From an uncultured candidate division Zixibacteria bacterium (GTDB lineage: Bacteria > Zixibacteria > MSB-5A5 > GN15 > FEB-12): a stretch of DNA of 64,000 nt. The notes below the pieces were generated by a model, which did no database searches, had not been told where the DNA came from, and saw only the letters and a program-made list of their open reading frames with translations. Location: positions 896,001 to 960,000 of the forward strand of contig CAVTJJ010000004.1 of the NCBI GenBank assembly GCA_963735035.1. The letters run 5' to 3'. Both the position numbers and the translations under genes were made by a program. Shown in pieces: positions 41,068-50,471 of the stretch (its first letter is position 1; each line of letters begins with the position of its first letter).

Positions 41068-43491
41068 ATGAAGCGACTGATCAACTTAGCGATGACGGCC
41101 GCTTTGATAGCGGTGGTGTCGGGGTCAAGTGTAGCCCGAACGAATTTCGAGCGCGAAAAGAGTATTAGTCAGGCGGCCACTCCTTATCCGGCCTGGTGTA
41201 GCGTGAATCACGATATAGGCAAGATCGGATTTACCATCAGCAACGACGGCACGTTGGGCAATCTGAATTACGGAGAATGGACTGTCGACTGCTTCACTGG
41301 AAAGCCGCTTCTTCAGGGCGAGTACCCAATAGGCAGTAATAACATGTATTTCTGGGGCGGGGCTCTCTGGATCGGCGCTGTTGTGGGAACCGATACTCTG
41401 GTCTCTACCGGCGCCGATGGCTGGGCCGTAAGAGGCAGTGAGCTCAATCCCGATTTCTATGAATACGGTGGGGGGATGCAATACCGCTCCACGATCGACC
41501 CAGATAAGCCTACTTTTGAAGGAGCGATATCCGAGCAGGATTACATCGCTGTCTATCGCGACACCTGCAAGTCTTGTCAAGGGGGCGAAATAGATGAAAT
41601 AGAACATCGCGCTCACATCCCGATTAACATTGAAGTCACCCAGCGTTCTTTCGCCTGGAGCTACCCGGTCGCCGAAGACTTCATCCTTATAGATTATTCG
41701 ATCAAGAACATTGGGAATAGACCCCTGGAAGATCTGTACATCGGCTTGTTAATGGATCTGGATATTCATGACCTGTTCAACCAAGGAAATGGTGCTCTAG
41801 ATGATATTTCCGGACTCTGGTCTGGAACATATTCAGCGTCCAACGGATCAGGATGTCAGACTTCGCTTGATGTCGAGATGCCCTGGAGCGCCGACAACGA
41901 CGGTGATCTTAATCAGCAGACTCCCGTGTGGAACACGGTGCCTCATGTCTCCGGGATTCGACTGCTCGACATGGGAGGAAACGCCCCTCAGACCACTTTC
42001 AACTGGTGGGTATCAAACAATAATAGCCCTCAATACGACTGGGGGCCGATGCGGCGAGTCAACCCCCGTGATTTCAGTACTGGTGGTATGGGAAGTCCAT
42101 CCGGCGACAATAACAAGTACTACCTCCTCAGCAATGGTGACCGTGACTACGATCAATACAGAACGGCCACAATTCCGGCGGACGATTCGATCTGGTTGCC
42201 GCCCCCGGTTGATGGGGCACAATTATGGTCTACAGGTCAGGACACGAGGTATCTGGTTTCCAGCGGCTCAATCAATCTGGAGCCGGGGCAGTCCGTGCCG
42301 CTGACTCTGGCTTTCGTGTGCGGCGAGAACCTGCACTCCAGCGGCGCCAATTTCCTTAATCTGCCGTACAATCCCGACGCCTACTTCGCGGGCCTCAATT
42401 TCAGCGATTTCATTTCCAACGGCGTTTGGGCCGGATGGGTATATGATAATCCCGGTATTGATACCGATAGCGATGGCTACGCCGGCCAGTATCAGCTATG
42501 TGGCGACGATACGCTCTGGTACAAGGGTGACGGTGTCCCCGATTGGCGCGCCGCGTCAAGGCCTATGGCTCCGGTTACCTGGGTTGAGCCGCGAGATCAG
42601 GCACTGTATGTTCGCTGGAACGGCTTCCAAAGTGAAAATCAACTTGATTGGGCCAGCCGCCAGACGAACTTCGAAGGGTACCGGTTGTATTTGTCCACCA
42701 CCGGGGTTGCCGGGAGTTTTGCGGCCATTGGCTCCTATGACATAGAAGACTATTACCGCTACTATTGGGATTTCGACCGTTCGAACTGGACCCGCTCTCT
42801 GGGACGCTTGACTCTGGAGGAGTCGCGATGTCACTATGCTCCTTCCGGCTGCACCGATCAGTCGTGGTATCCACTGGATTTCACGAGACAGGCGCCGTAT
42901 GTCATGCCCGGTTTTCCCGATTCACTGTTCTACTTCGAGCCCGTTATGACCAACTCGTCCATATTTGGTTTGGAGACGCCTTTTCTCAAGAGGTTCCCCA
43001 ACGCCCCTTGTCCAGGCTACGGAAGTCCTTCCGATGTTCCGTCGGATTCGACGGACGTATATCTTACCGAGGATGGCTTCTTCAAGTACTATGAATACGA
43101 AATGCTCCTCGAAGACCTCATTGTCGGACAGCCGTATTGGGTATCGGTAACGACGTTTGATTTTGGTTCGATGGCGGCCGGAGCCGCACCGGCTGAATCC
43201 CCGATCCTTGGAAACTCCTTGAAGCGATGGCCGGCCGGTGATTGCTGCAATGGTACGGTCGGCAATGTCAACTGTGACGCTGGGGAAGAGATTGGGATAG
43301 GCGATGTGTCAGTGCTGATCGATTTTCTGTTCATCACTGGCGAACCCCTTTGTTGTTTGCAGGAGGCTGATGTCAATCGGTCGGGGGGAGCAACTCCTAT
43401 CGCGAGCGACATTTCGCTATCCGACATTTATGTGCTCATCGATTATCTGTTCGTAACCGGACCGTCGCTCGGACTGCCCAGTTGCCAATAG
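41068..43491 (+). CDS. Secreted protein with FN3-like region and C-terminal dockerin-like module
   Basis: Signal peptide; Ca-binding-like DTDSDG and GDGVPD; FN3-like YVRW..FEGYRLY..YWVSVTTFD; CC..VGNVNCDAGEEIGIGDVSVLID..EADVNRSGG..ISLSDIYVLIDYLF. Confidence 0.85.
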   Translation: MKRLINLAMTAALIAVVSGSSVARTNFEREKSISQAATPYPAWCSVNHDIGKIGFTISNDGTLGNLNYGEWTVDCFTGKPLLQGEYPIGSNNMYFWGGALWIGAVVGTDTLVSTGADGWAVRGSELNPDFYEYGGGMQYRSTIDPDKPTFEGAISEQDYIAVYRDTCKSCQGGEIDEIEHRAHIPINIEVTQRSFAWSYPVAEDFILIDYSIKNIGNRPLEDLYIGLLMDLDIHDLFNQGNGALDDISGLWSGTYSASNGSGCQTSLDVEMPWSADNDGDLNQQTPVWNTVPHVSGIRLLDMGGNAPQTTFNWWVSNNNSPQYDWGPMRRVNPRDFSTGGMGSPSGDNNKYYLLSNGDRDYDQYRTATIPADDSIWLPPPVDGAQLWSTGQDTRYLVSSGSINLEPGQSVPLTLAFVCGENLHSSGANFLNLPYNPDAYFAGLNFSDFISNGVWAGWVYDNPGIDTDSDGYAGQYQLCGDDTLWYKGDGVPDWRAASRPMAPVTWVEPRDQALYVRWNGFQSENQLDWASRQTNFEGYRLYLSTTGVAGSFAAIGSYDIEDYYRYYWDFDRSNWTRSLGRLTLEESRCHYAPSGCTDQSWYPLDFTRQAPYVMPGFPDSLFYFEPVMTNSSIFGLETPFLKRFPNAPCPGYGSPSDVPSDSTDVYLTEDGFFKYYEYEMLLEDLIVGQPYWVSVTTFDFGSMAAGAAPAESPILGNSLKRWPAGDCCNGTVGNVNCDAGEEIGIGDVSVLIDFLFITGEPLCCLQEADVNRSGGATPIASDISLSDIYVLIDYLFVTGPSLGLPSCQ

Positions 43492-43713
43492 CGGAGTATG
43501 TCGAGCAGTCAGAACGCCCGGAAAGACAATAAGTTACAAATCAGTCCCTCTATTTTGGCACTTGACCTCGCGGCAAGATGGGCCCTCAGTCCGTTTGTCG
43601 GGGGGCGTGCTTCCCAGACGCACATGTCTCTAATCATCTGGTAGTGGGTCAGTTTGAAATAGTCATGCACACACTATGCTTGACAGTTTAAGGATAGATG
43701 TTACCTTGAAGGC

Positions 43714-43977
43714 ATGAAGAAGATCGAGCACAGCAAAAAGAAACGTGACGTGAATCAGTTGGGCGCGGCCATTGTGAACGCCGCCACAAACGATACGCCC
43801 GAAGAAATTTCCCCCGTCGATCCTACTAAGAACCCCGAAGCAGTCAAATGGGGTCAGCTTGGCGGAGCCAAAGGCGGCAAGGCCAGAGCCGCCGCACTTT
43901 CTCCCCGTAGACGCAAAGAAATCGCCCGCAAGGCCGCACAGGCCCGTTGGCAGAAGCAAGCCGATTCCGGCGAATAG
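43714..43977 (+). CDS. Small basic protein inside the IS (KGG-like motif; possible nucleic-acid binder)
   Basis: KNPEAVKWGQLGGAKGGKARAAALSPRRRKEIARKAAQARW; has its own promoter. Confidence 0.8.
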   Translation: MKKIEHSKKKRDVNQLGAAIVNAATNDTPEEISPVDPTKNPEAVKWGQLGGAKGGKARAAALSPRRRKEIARKAAQARWQKQADSGE

Positions 43978-44089
43978 CCCCGCTCTTTCCGAGTACATCG
44001 TAGAAAGCAGACTCAAGAAATCTGCATATTTTCTAATAAACTGACCGATTATGCTTGACAGCCTAAGTACAATAGGTTATATTAGAACT

Positions 44090-44950
44090 ATGAATAAGCT
44101 GACACGCGAAGAAAGAACCAGAGTGATCGCCGCCCTCGTAGAGGGCAATTCGATCCGCTCTACCGTCCGCATGACCGGAGTCGCTAAGAATACGATAGTC
44201 AAGCTCTTGGCCGAGATTGGTACAGTCTGTGCCGAGTACCATGACCAGACCGTCCGTAACCTGACCTGCAAGAAGGTCCAGTGTGACGAAATATGGTCAT
44301 TCTGCTATGCCAAGCAGAAGAATCTACCCGAAGATAAGCAGGGAGTATTGGGGTTTGGTGACGTGTGGACGTGGACGGCTATCGACCCGGACAGCAAGCT
44401 AATGATTTCATGGTTAATCGGCTGGCGTGACGCCGAATGGGCTACCCGGTTTATGAAAGACGTAGCTTCTCGGCTTGCCAATCGCGTACAGTTGACCACC
44501 GACGGCCACAACGCCTATCTGTCGGCTGTAGATGAAGCCTTTGGTTGCCAAATTGACTACGCTATGCTTGTGAAGTTGTACGGCAAAGAGGGCGGTGAAG
44601 GCCGCTACAGCCCGGCCAAATGTGTCGGAGCTCGTAAGGACAAAGTGACGGGCAAGCCGGACGAACGGCACATATCCACGTCATTCGTGGAGCGTCAAAA
44701 CCTGACCATGCGCATGAGTATGCGGCGATTTACTCGGTTAACCAATGCTTTCTCAAAGAAGATTGAGAACTTGGAGCATTCCGTTGCGCTCCACTTTATG
44801 CACTACAACTTCTGCCGGATACATCAGTCCTTGAGGATGTCCCCCGCTATGGCGGCAGGAGTCACGAAGAAGCTGTGGAATATCGAAGACCTTGTTAAGC
44901 TTCTGGAAGACCGGGAGACCGCTTCCTTAAAAGGAAGTCCGATAGTCTGA
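44090..44950 (+). CDS. IS1-family DDE transposase (single ORF)
   Basis: HTH (EGNSIRSTVRMTGV), VQCDEIWSF, TTDG, STSFVERQNLTMR, RFTRLTNAFSKK. Confidence 0.93.
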   Translation: MNKLTREERTRVIAALVEGNSIRSTVRMTGVAKNTIVKLLAEIGTVCAEYHDQTVRNLTCKKVQCDEIWSFCYAKQKNLPEDKQGVLGFGDVWTWTAIDPDSKLMISWLIGWRDAEWATRFMKDVASRLANRVQLTTDGHNAYLSAVDEAFGCQIDYAMLVKLYGKEGGEGRYSPAKCVGARKDKVTGKPDERHISTSFVERQNLTMRMSMRRFTRLTNAFSKKIENLEHSVALHFMHYNFCRIHQSLRMSPAMAAGVTKKLWNIEDLVKLLEDRETASLKGSPIV

Positions 44951-45595
44951 CGAACACGTTTACATTCGGAAGAAGTTCATCTAACTCCTGCTTATTAAGG
45001 CAAAGGGAATGATAATGCCCATGAAGGCCAGAATTACCTAAGGCTGAGTTTGCATGGCATACATCCATGCGATAGCCATATTCTGTAGTTGGCCTAGCAA
45101 AAGTTGATATGAAGAATCTGGGGGGGATCACATCGGGGAACTCGCCCTCTGAGAGTCTACTCGTTCTTTCCAAGCCTTGACCGCCAGTCGCAATTCCTCG
45201 TATCGTTAGGTTTTCGTCTACTGCCAATCGCTTGAGGAGGGCAAGCACATATTCATCACTTTTCCCCCGTCCTAACTTCTTCTGTCGTTGGACAAACCGT
45301 ATTGCATCTCCAAACTCCATATTCGCGGATGGCCTCACCGATTTCCCGCGCAATCTACTTTTGAGTTCTCTGATTACGGAAAACTGATAGCTGACTCCGA
45401 ACAGCAGGCCAATGATTATTAATCCCTGAAACCCACTATGCGGCATAATATACCCCAGCAGGTCGCGAAATATCTGTGGTCCGATGTCCTTGTAGTCCAC
45501 CAACCAAAGCAGCGTCCAAATAACGCTGGGGATAAGGCTTGTAAGGAACCTCGTTATCTGCACGTTGGCTTGAATCCCGTAACTGGATTTTCCAT
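44895..45595 (-). CDS. IS passenger gene, hypothetical membrane protein (likely ATG 45595 with a -1 frameshift near 45561)
   Basis: Long AT-richer minus-strand ORF with two hydrophobic segments. The promoter TTGATG-17-TATATT points to ATG 45595, which is one base out of frame with the long ORF. Confidence 0.55.
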
Positions 45596-46063
45596 GCCCC
45601 CAATATATGCTTACCCCCCTCAAGCATCAATCTGCAATTTCGGACGCTATTGTAGCTCATTCCCGCCCCCTTTTTGAAACTGACCCACTACCAATCATCT
45701 AATTGGCTTGACGAAATTGGTTTTTATTCGTTTCTTTGATATTGAGAAGGACTGAACAATCGCCCCGTTCGATTGTGGCTCCATTCGAGATAGGTCGAAC
45801 CGGCGCTTGGGCTACTTCGCTTTATTGTACACACTAACGAATCACGGCACCGTACAAGTTGCAAATTGATAAGTACGATAGGTTGAACTATCGACAAAAT
45901 GGAATTCAGGCTTTGTCTGACATCAAGAGAGGAGGCGTATCTACCGATTGTGTCTGGTCGACTGTCCGCAACCTGGATCTGATCGGCGCGGCGGGATCTT
46001 TCCGAGCCGTCAGAGGCAGGCGCGCGGAAAACGAGAAGATTTACTCGAAAGGAAATTGGACTA

Positions 46064-49000
46064 ATGAAGCGACTTCTTGTACTGACATCGCTGTCGGCTC
46101 TGTTGCTATTGATGTTGTCCGCCGCGGCAGCCGCTCGTAGCAGCACCAGGGCTGACCTTGAAGACTCCAAACGATCGGCCGATATCGGCCAGTTTAATCT
46201 TGCCGGGTCTCGTCCCTTGATGGGAAAAGAAGAACCGATGTCGTCTAACCACGTCCCGGCTCAAGCCGGTCGAGTGGTCAAACGGCCGGTGGGTAGCTCC
46301 CAGTCTCCCGAGGCCGGCATTGGAGTAGGTGTGAGCGTGGCGCTCACTTTTGACGACGGACAATACGGATTTCCGATCGGCCGCCATGTCAGCCATTACT
46401 GGAATGGCGAGGTAGGCGAGACGGTTCAAGCCGGTGTGCACTTTGCCTATGAACTGTGCTCCGACACCGTGCCCGGCAATGCAATAGCTTCCCCGATCAT
46501 TTCCGGATACAACGTTTACGACGCGACCGTCACCTCAGGCAACTGGCCTCGCGGCCAGGATTTGGGCTGCGGTCTGCAATCGGCCGATACAGCGGGAGCC
46601 GGGAAGTGGGTCAATCTCGACGTTCTGGGGAACCAGAATGCCGTCATGACCGCAACAACTTCCTTCTTCCGCCCCCTCCGGCCGGCGGGCGACAATATGT
46701 TATTCTTTCAGGGGGCTCAGTTCAACTGCACTTACGATCCCCGGACTTCCCTGAACACTACTTTCATTGACTCGACCGTAGCTACCGGTTACCGGGCCAA
46801 CTTCTCCAATCCGGGCGTAGGTAACTACAGCGTCCAGCCCGAGGTTGCCACGCAGTTCAACGGCTCTACTACGATTACGCACGTGCTGATCGGTGAAAGC
46901 GAAACCGTGGCCGGTCCAGCGGGTAACGACTCTTACGTTACCGCTGCGGAGTATCGTATTTTCCAGTACTACCGTAAGACGGGTAATACGTCTGGGGGAA
47001 GCTGGGGCACCGGCAAGATCATTGATAGCGTTATGGATGTGTACGGCACCAACGGGGTCACCCTGGCAACGTCACCCAATTCCGGTAAAGTGTGCGTCTC
47101 ATACTCCAACCCGGGATATTGGGGGTGTCGTCTTGACGGCGATAATGGACAGTACGATACCGATGTCTTTTACCGTGAATCTCTTGACTACGGTCTGACT
47201 TGGAATCCGAAAGTAAACATTACGACGTACCAGAACGCGATCGCAGGCGATCCCAAGCACTACAAGGCCTGGGTCGAATCACCGGCGCTGTACGATGCCA
47301 ACGACGATCTTCATATTATTTGGACCGGCACCCGGACCTCGGCCGATCCTTATTTCGACGGCTACAACTGGAACGATTTCGACACCGATATCTACCACTG
47401 GGCCCGTTCGTCGAATGAAATTGTCAAGTTGGCGAAGGGCACTTACCTGAATGATGACATGCTGACCGGTTCCATCAACACTCTTCATTGCGGTTTTGGC
47501 GGCGTCATGTCAGGGTACATTGCCTTTATCTGGTTGTCGGAATGCGATGGCAAGCTGTATTGCGTCTGGAATCAGATGCACGAGCTGGCCAATCATGGCG
47601 ATTACACTACGACACCTTCTCTCCTCGAGGATTGTGCCTACACCGGCAGTACGCGCAGCAATGCCAACTGGGAGATTATGATGTCGGTCGCTCGCATAAA
47701 TTCTAGTTCGTTGTGGGATGCCGCCCGCCACGTTTCTGGAGCCGGAGCCGGAACTCATACTCCGAATTGCGGTCTGGCGGGTGATCCGCTGGCCGTCGGT
47801 GGCCAGTGTGGTAACGAATTCAAGCCTTCGGTCGAAAAGTATGGCTTGGATGAGACCGGTCTGGGTTTGACCTGGCCGGCCGCCTCGAAGGTTGACTTGA
47901 CCCCCGCGGGTCAGCCGGCCTACACCGGCGACTTCTACTTGAATATGGAGTACATGGACGATCAGTTCCCCGGATATTTTGTACAGGACCTGAACGGACG
48001 AAACGATGTCGGAACACTCAACTCCGAAAAGTGGGTCCGGTTGGCCTGTGTGAACCCGGTGGAAGCCTCTCAGATCAACATTTCTCCGAAGAGGCTGGAA
48101 TGGCCGCTGTGGGTGGCGCTTAATGCCAGCAATAACCTGACCATCACGGTTGTCAATGAGGGAAACGTCACGCTCAACGTTACCGAAATTGGGACCGCCG
48201 GCGGAAGCTGGCTGGACGTGAGTCAGCATCCCACCACAGGCAGCCCGTTCCAGGTTCCTGCGGGTGTTAACAACACCGCCAGCTTTGATGTGGTTGTCAA
48301 TGCGACTGGTATATCTCAAACCCAGTGGCTTGATGGCCAGGTCTGGCTGAAGTCGGATGCCGCCAACAATGACTCAATGGTGGTGCCGATTCATATTCTG
48401 GCCGCCGACAATGTCGAAGCGGTTCGCTGGGATACTGTAATGACCCACGCCAACATGTTTGACGAATTCTACGAGCCCACCGGCGAATGTATCGCTCTTG
48501 CGGTCGGTAACCTGGGCGAAGTCGGCTATGGTGCTTTCAGTCAAGGCAGTGTAAATCTTGACTACGCTGAGTCAGGCTTGGAATGTGGCACTCGCGCGCG
48601 TGACAAGCAGTACCTTATGAGTGGGACGGCCTTTACTCTTCTGGCGACCAATTCCTCGGGAGCCGGCGCCGAATTGACGACGGCATTCAACGATCCGAAT
48701 CAGGCAGACGAGGCCGGGTTCGATCCGACATCCGCCAAGGGTTCCATCGGCGGCGGTCTGGCCGTCACCGGTGACTATGACTCTACCTACACCGGTCGGT
48801 TTGTAAACAAGGATACGACTATCGCCATGGAGCGGACTGTGTACGGTCCTCGGTTGACACCGTCCAATTCAGTTATCAATTTCATGGTTGTGTATACCAA
48901 GGTGTATTCGGCCGATGGCTTAGGCCACAATCACCTGACGGTTGGAAACGCCTGCGACTTCGACGTTCCGGCCGATAGCCCGCCGAACAACAACTCGGCG

Positions 49001-49774
49001 GTCTCGACAACCGGTGGATTCGTGTACTTTCAGGGTACCGACACTACCGGAGGTACACCCTGCCAGACGAACTTGAACCGCTTCGCGACCGAAGCGTTTG
49101 GCGGCGGTTACACATCGGCCGAGTTGACCGGCAGCCCGTGCGCCAATAACACGACATTCTACGGCTCCAATTCGCTGTATCAGTTGATAATGGAGGACAC
49201 CACTCATCTCCGGAATGGTACTCCGCTGGTGCCGAGTCAGCCGAACCCGCTGGTCTGGTGGGCCGAAACCGGTATCGGCGGTACTAACGCTTCCGCACTC
49301 CAGGACACTGACCTGGCGTTGATCACGACCTACGTTCGGGATTATAACCTGGGCGCATCCGATACCCTGCACTACTGGACAATCCTGTCCACCGTGCGCA
49401 ATGGCACACTGGCCAATCTGGAGAGCCAGGTTGCCTACGCCAAGAGCTGGTATATGGGCACGGTTCGTGATTGTTTTGGCCCACCGCCTTGCTGCACGGA
49501 AAGAGTCGGCAACGCTAACGGTACTGGCGGCGAGACTCCGACGATCGGTGACATCAGCGTGATGATCGATGCCAAGTTCATCACGGGTGCCTGTATCGGC
49601 TCCGGTGCGGGCGCCAACATCGTTTGTCTAGGTGAAGCTGACATGAACCTGTCCGGTGGTCAACACCCGACCTGTGGATCCATTACGATCGGTGACATTT
49701 CGCTGTTGATCGACTGTCTGTTCATTACAGGCGAGCCGCCGTTCGTTCGCAGCACCTGTATGTCAATAGACTAA
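46064..49774 (+). CDS. Large secreted protein, paralog P1 (Asp-box/propeller-like, Ig-like, C-terminal dockerin-like)
   Basis: Signal peptide, SLDYGLTW Asp-box, TVVNEGNVTLNV Ig-like segment, CC..VGNANGTGGETPTIGDISVMIDAKF..; colinear with P0, P2 and P3. Confidence 0.92.
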   Translation: MKRLLVLTSLSALLLLMLSAAAAARSSTRADLEDSKRSADIGQFNLAGSRPLMGKEEPMSSNHVPAQAGRVVKRPVGSSQSPEAGIGVGVSVALTFDDGQYGFPIGRHVSHYWNGEVGETVQAGVHFAYELCSDTVPGNAIASPIISGYNVYDATVTSGNWPRGQDLGCGLQSADTAGAGKWVNLDVLGNQNAVMTATTSFFRPLRPAGDNMLFFQGAQFNCTYDPRTSLNTTFIDSTVATGYRANFSNPGVGNYSVQPEVATQFNGSTTITHVLIGESETVAGPAGNDSYVTAAEYRIFQYYRKTGNTSGGSWGTGKIIDSVMDVYGTNGVTLATSPNSGKVCVSYSNPGYWGCRLDGDNGQYDTDVFYRESLDYGLTWNPKVNITTYQNAIAGDPKHYKAWVESPALYDANDDLHIIWTGTRTSADPYFDGYNWNDFDTDIYHWARSSNEIVKLAKGTYLNDDMLTGSINTLHCGFGGVMSGYIAFIWLSECDGKLYCVWNQMHELANHGDYTTTPSLLEDCAYTGSTRSNANWEIMMSVARINSSSLWDAARHVSGAGAGTHTPNCGLAGDPLAVGGQCGNEFKPSVEKYGLDETGLGLTWPAASKVDLTPAGQPAYTGDFYLNMEYMDDQFPGYFVQDLNGRNDVGTLNSEKWVRLACVNPVEASQINISPKRLEWPLWVALNASNNLTITVVNEGNVTLNVTEIGTAGGSWLDVSQHPTTGSPFQVPAGVNNTASFDVVVNATGISQTQWLDGQVWLKSDAANNDSMVVPIHILAADNVEAVRWDTVMTHANMFDEFYEPTGECIALAVGNLGEVGYGAFSQGSVNLDYAESGLECGTRARDKQYLMSGTAFTLLATNSSGAGAELTTAFNDPNQADEAGFDPTSAKGSIGGGLAVTGDYDSTYTGRFVNKDTTIAMERTVYGPRLTPSNSVINFMVVYTKVYSADGLGHNHLTVGNACDFDVPADSPPNNNSAVSTTGGFVYFQGTDTTGGTPCQTNLNRFATEAFGGGYTSAELTGSPCANNTTFYGSNSLYQLIMEDTTHLRNGTPLVPSQPNPLVWWAETGIGGTNASALQDTDLALITTYVRDYNLGASDTLHYWTILSTVRNGTLANLESQVAYAKSWYMGTVRDCFGPPPCCTERVGNANGTGGETPTIGDISVMIDAKFITGACIGSGAGANIVCLGEADMNLSGGQHPTCGSITIGDISLLIDCLFITGEPPFVRSTCMSID

Positions 49775-49832
49775 GCATGTCTCTTGACTGAAGTTGAGCT
49801 GGCGAAATCGCTGATTTCGCCGGCCATGAATA

Positions 49833-49867
49833 AGCGGCCATCCCACATAGGGATGGCCGCTCTTTTT
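49833..49867 (+). terminator. Intrinsic terminator (shared by P1-P3)
   Basis: AGCGGCCATCCC-ACATA-GGGATGGCCGCT followed by CTTTTT. Confidence 0.85.
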
Positions 49868-49999
49868 GTGATAGCCGGCCATAAGCGGTCACTGCAATTT
49901 GGTTTTGTCGGTATTCTGGCTCTTCAACCAGAGACTTTTTCCACACGGTACGAACCCTCGCAGTGAGCGAAATTCCATCCCCCGGGGTAGATTAAGTGC

Positions 50000-50028
50000 T
50001 TGACAAACAGGCTCTTAGATGCCATTAT
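50000..50028 (+). promoter_or_regulatory. Sigma70 promoter of P2
   Basis: TTGACA-17 nt-CATTAT with extended TG; conserved upstream of P3. Confidence 0.7.
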
Positions 50029-50037
50029 TACATAGTA

Positions 50038-50318
50038 GGTTCTCAATTGTTATGACACCTTCGCACTGCTTCGGAAGGACCTCGGAAGAGGTTAGGCCGG
50101 TCCTTGTCCATCTTTGCCTTGCCACCCTGTCTTCAGGGATCCACGGCTGACTAATTCATATATCGGACTAATATGCTGAGTCTTGCGACCCGCCGTCGCG
50201 AGGCCGGCTTTAGAATGCTGGAATACTGCTTTATTGGACACGCCAGCCATTGACGCTCCGTCGGCTAACGCCTCGGAAGAAAATTGGTGGGTCTTAATGA
50301 TAGTTGGACGAGTGAACC
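50038..50318 (+). ncRNA. Putative structured 5' leader RNA, copy A (no family recognised)
   Basis: Near-identical to 54431-54713; long-range closing stem plus several internal hairpins; most differences fall in loops or preserve pairing. Confidence 0.6.
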
Positions 50319-50471
50319 ATTTATCGAGGAGGTAATCCACACGAGGAGAGTAACGACTGCGCGGGACAGGCAGACACCTCGGAGTTGCCGCGTGGGAAGA
50401 TCAACTGGGGTAGGTTTCAGTGTCCAAGACACTGAAGCTGGAATAGGCTAATCTCTTGAAAGGAAACTAGC

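Larger units (their letters stand above)
43640..45692 (+). mobile_element. IS1-family insertion sequence with passenger genes (2,053 bp)
   Basis: Terminal IR GGTAGTGGGTCAGTTT (16 bp perfect) at both ends; 8-bp TSD AATCATCT at 43632-43639 and 45693-45700. Confidence 0.93.

Noticed and set aside
45845..45863. Sigma54-like GGCAC...TTGCA upstream of P1
   Set aside because: Spacing between the -24 and -12 elements is 3 nt too long.
50038..50318. Known riboswitch (c-di-GMP, cobalamin, T-box) or group II intron fragment
   Set aside because: No diagnostic motifs recognised by eye; an Rfam scan is still needed to exclude these formally.
50092..50340. Conserved minus-strand small ORF in the leader (also 54485-54667)
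   Set aside because: The start is not conserved and an indel separates the copies; the conservation fits RNA pairing better than coding.
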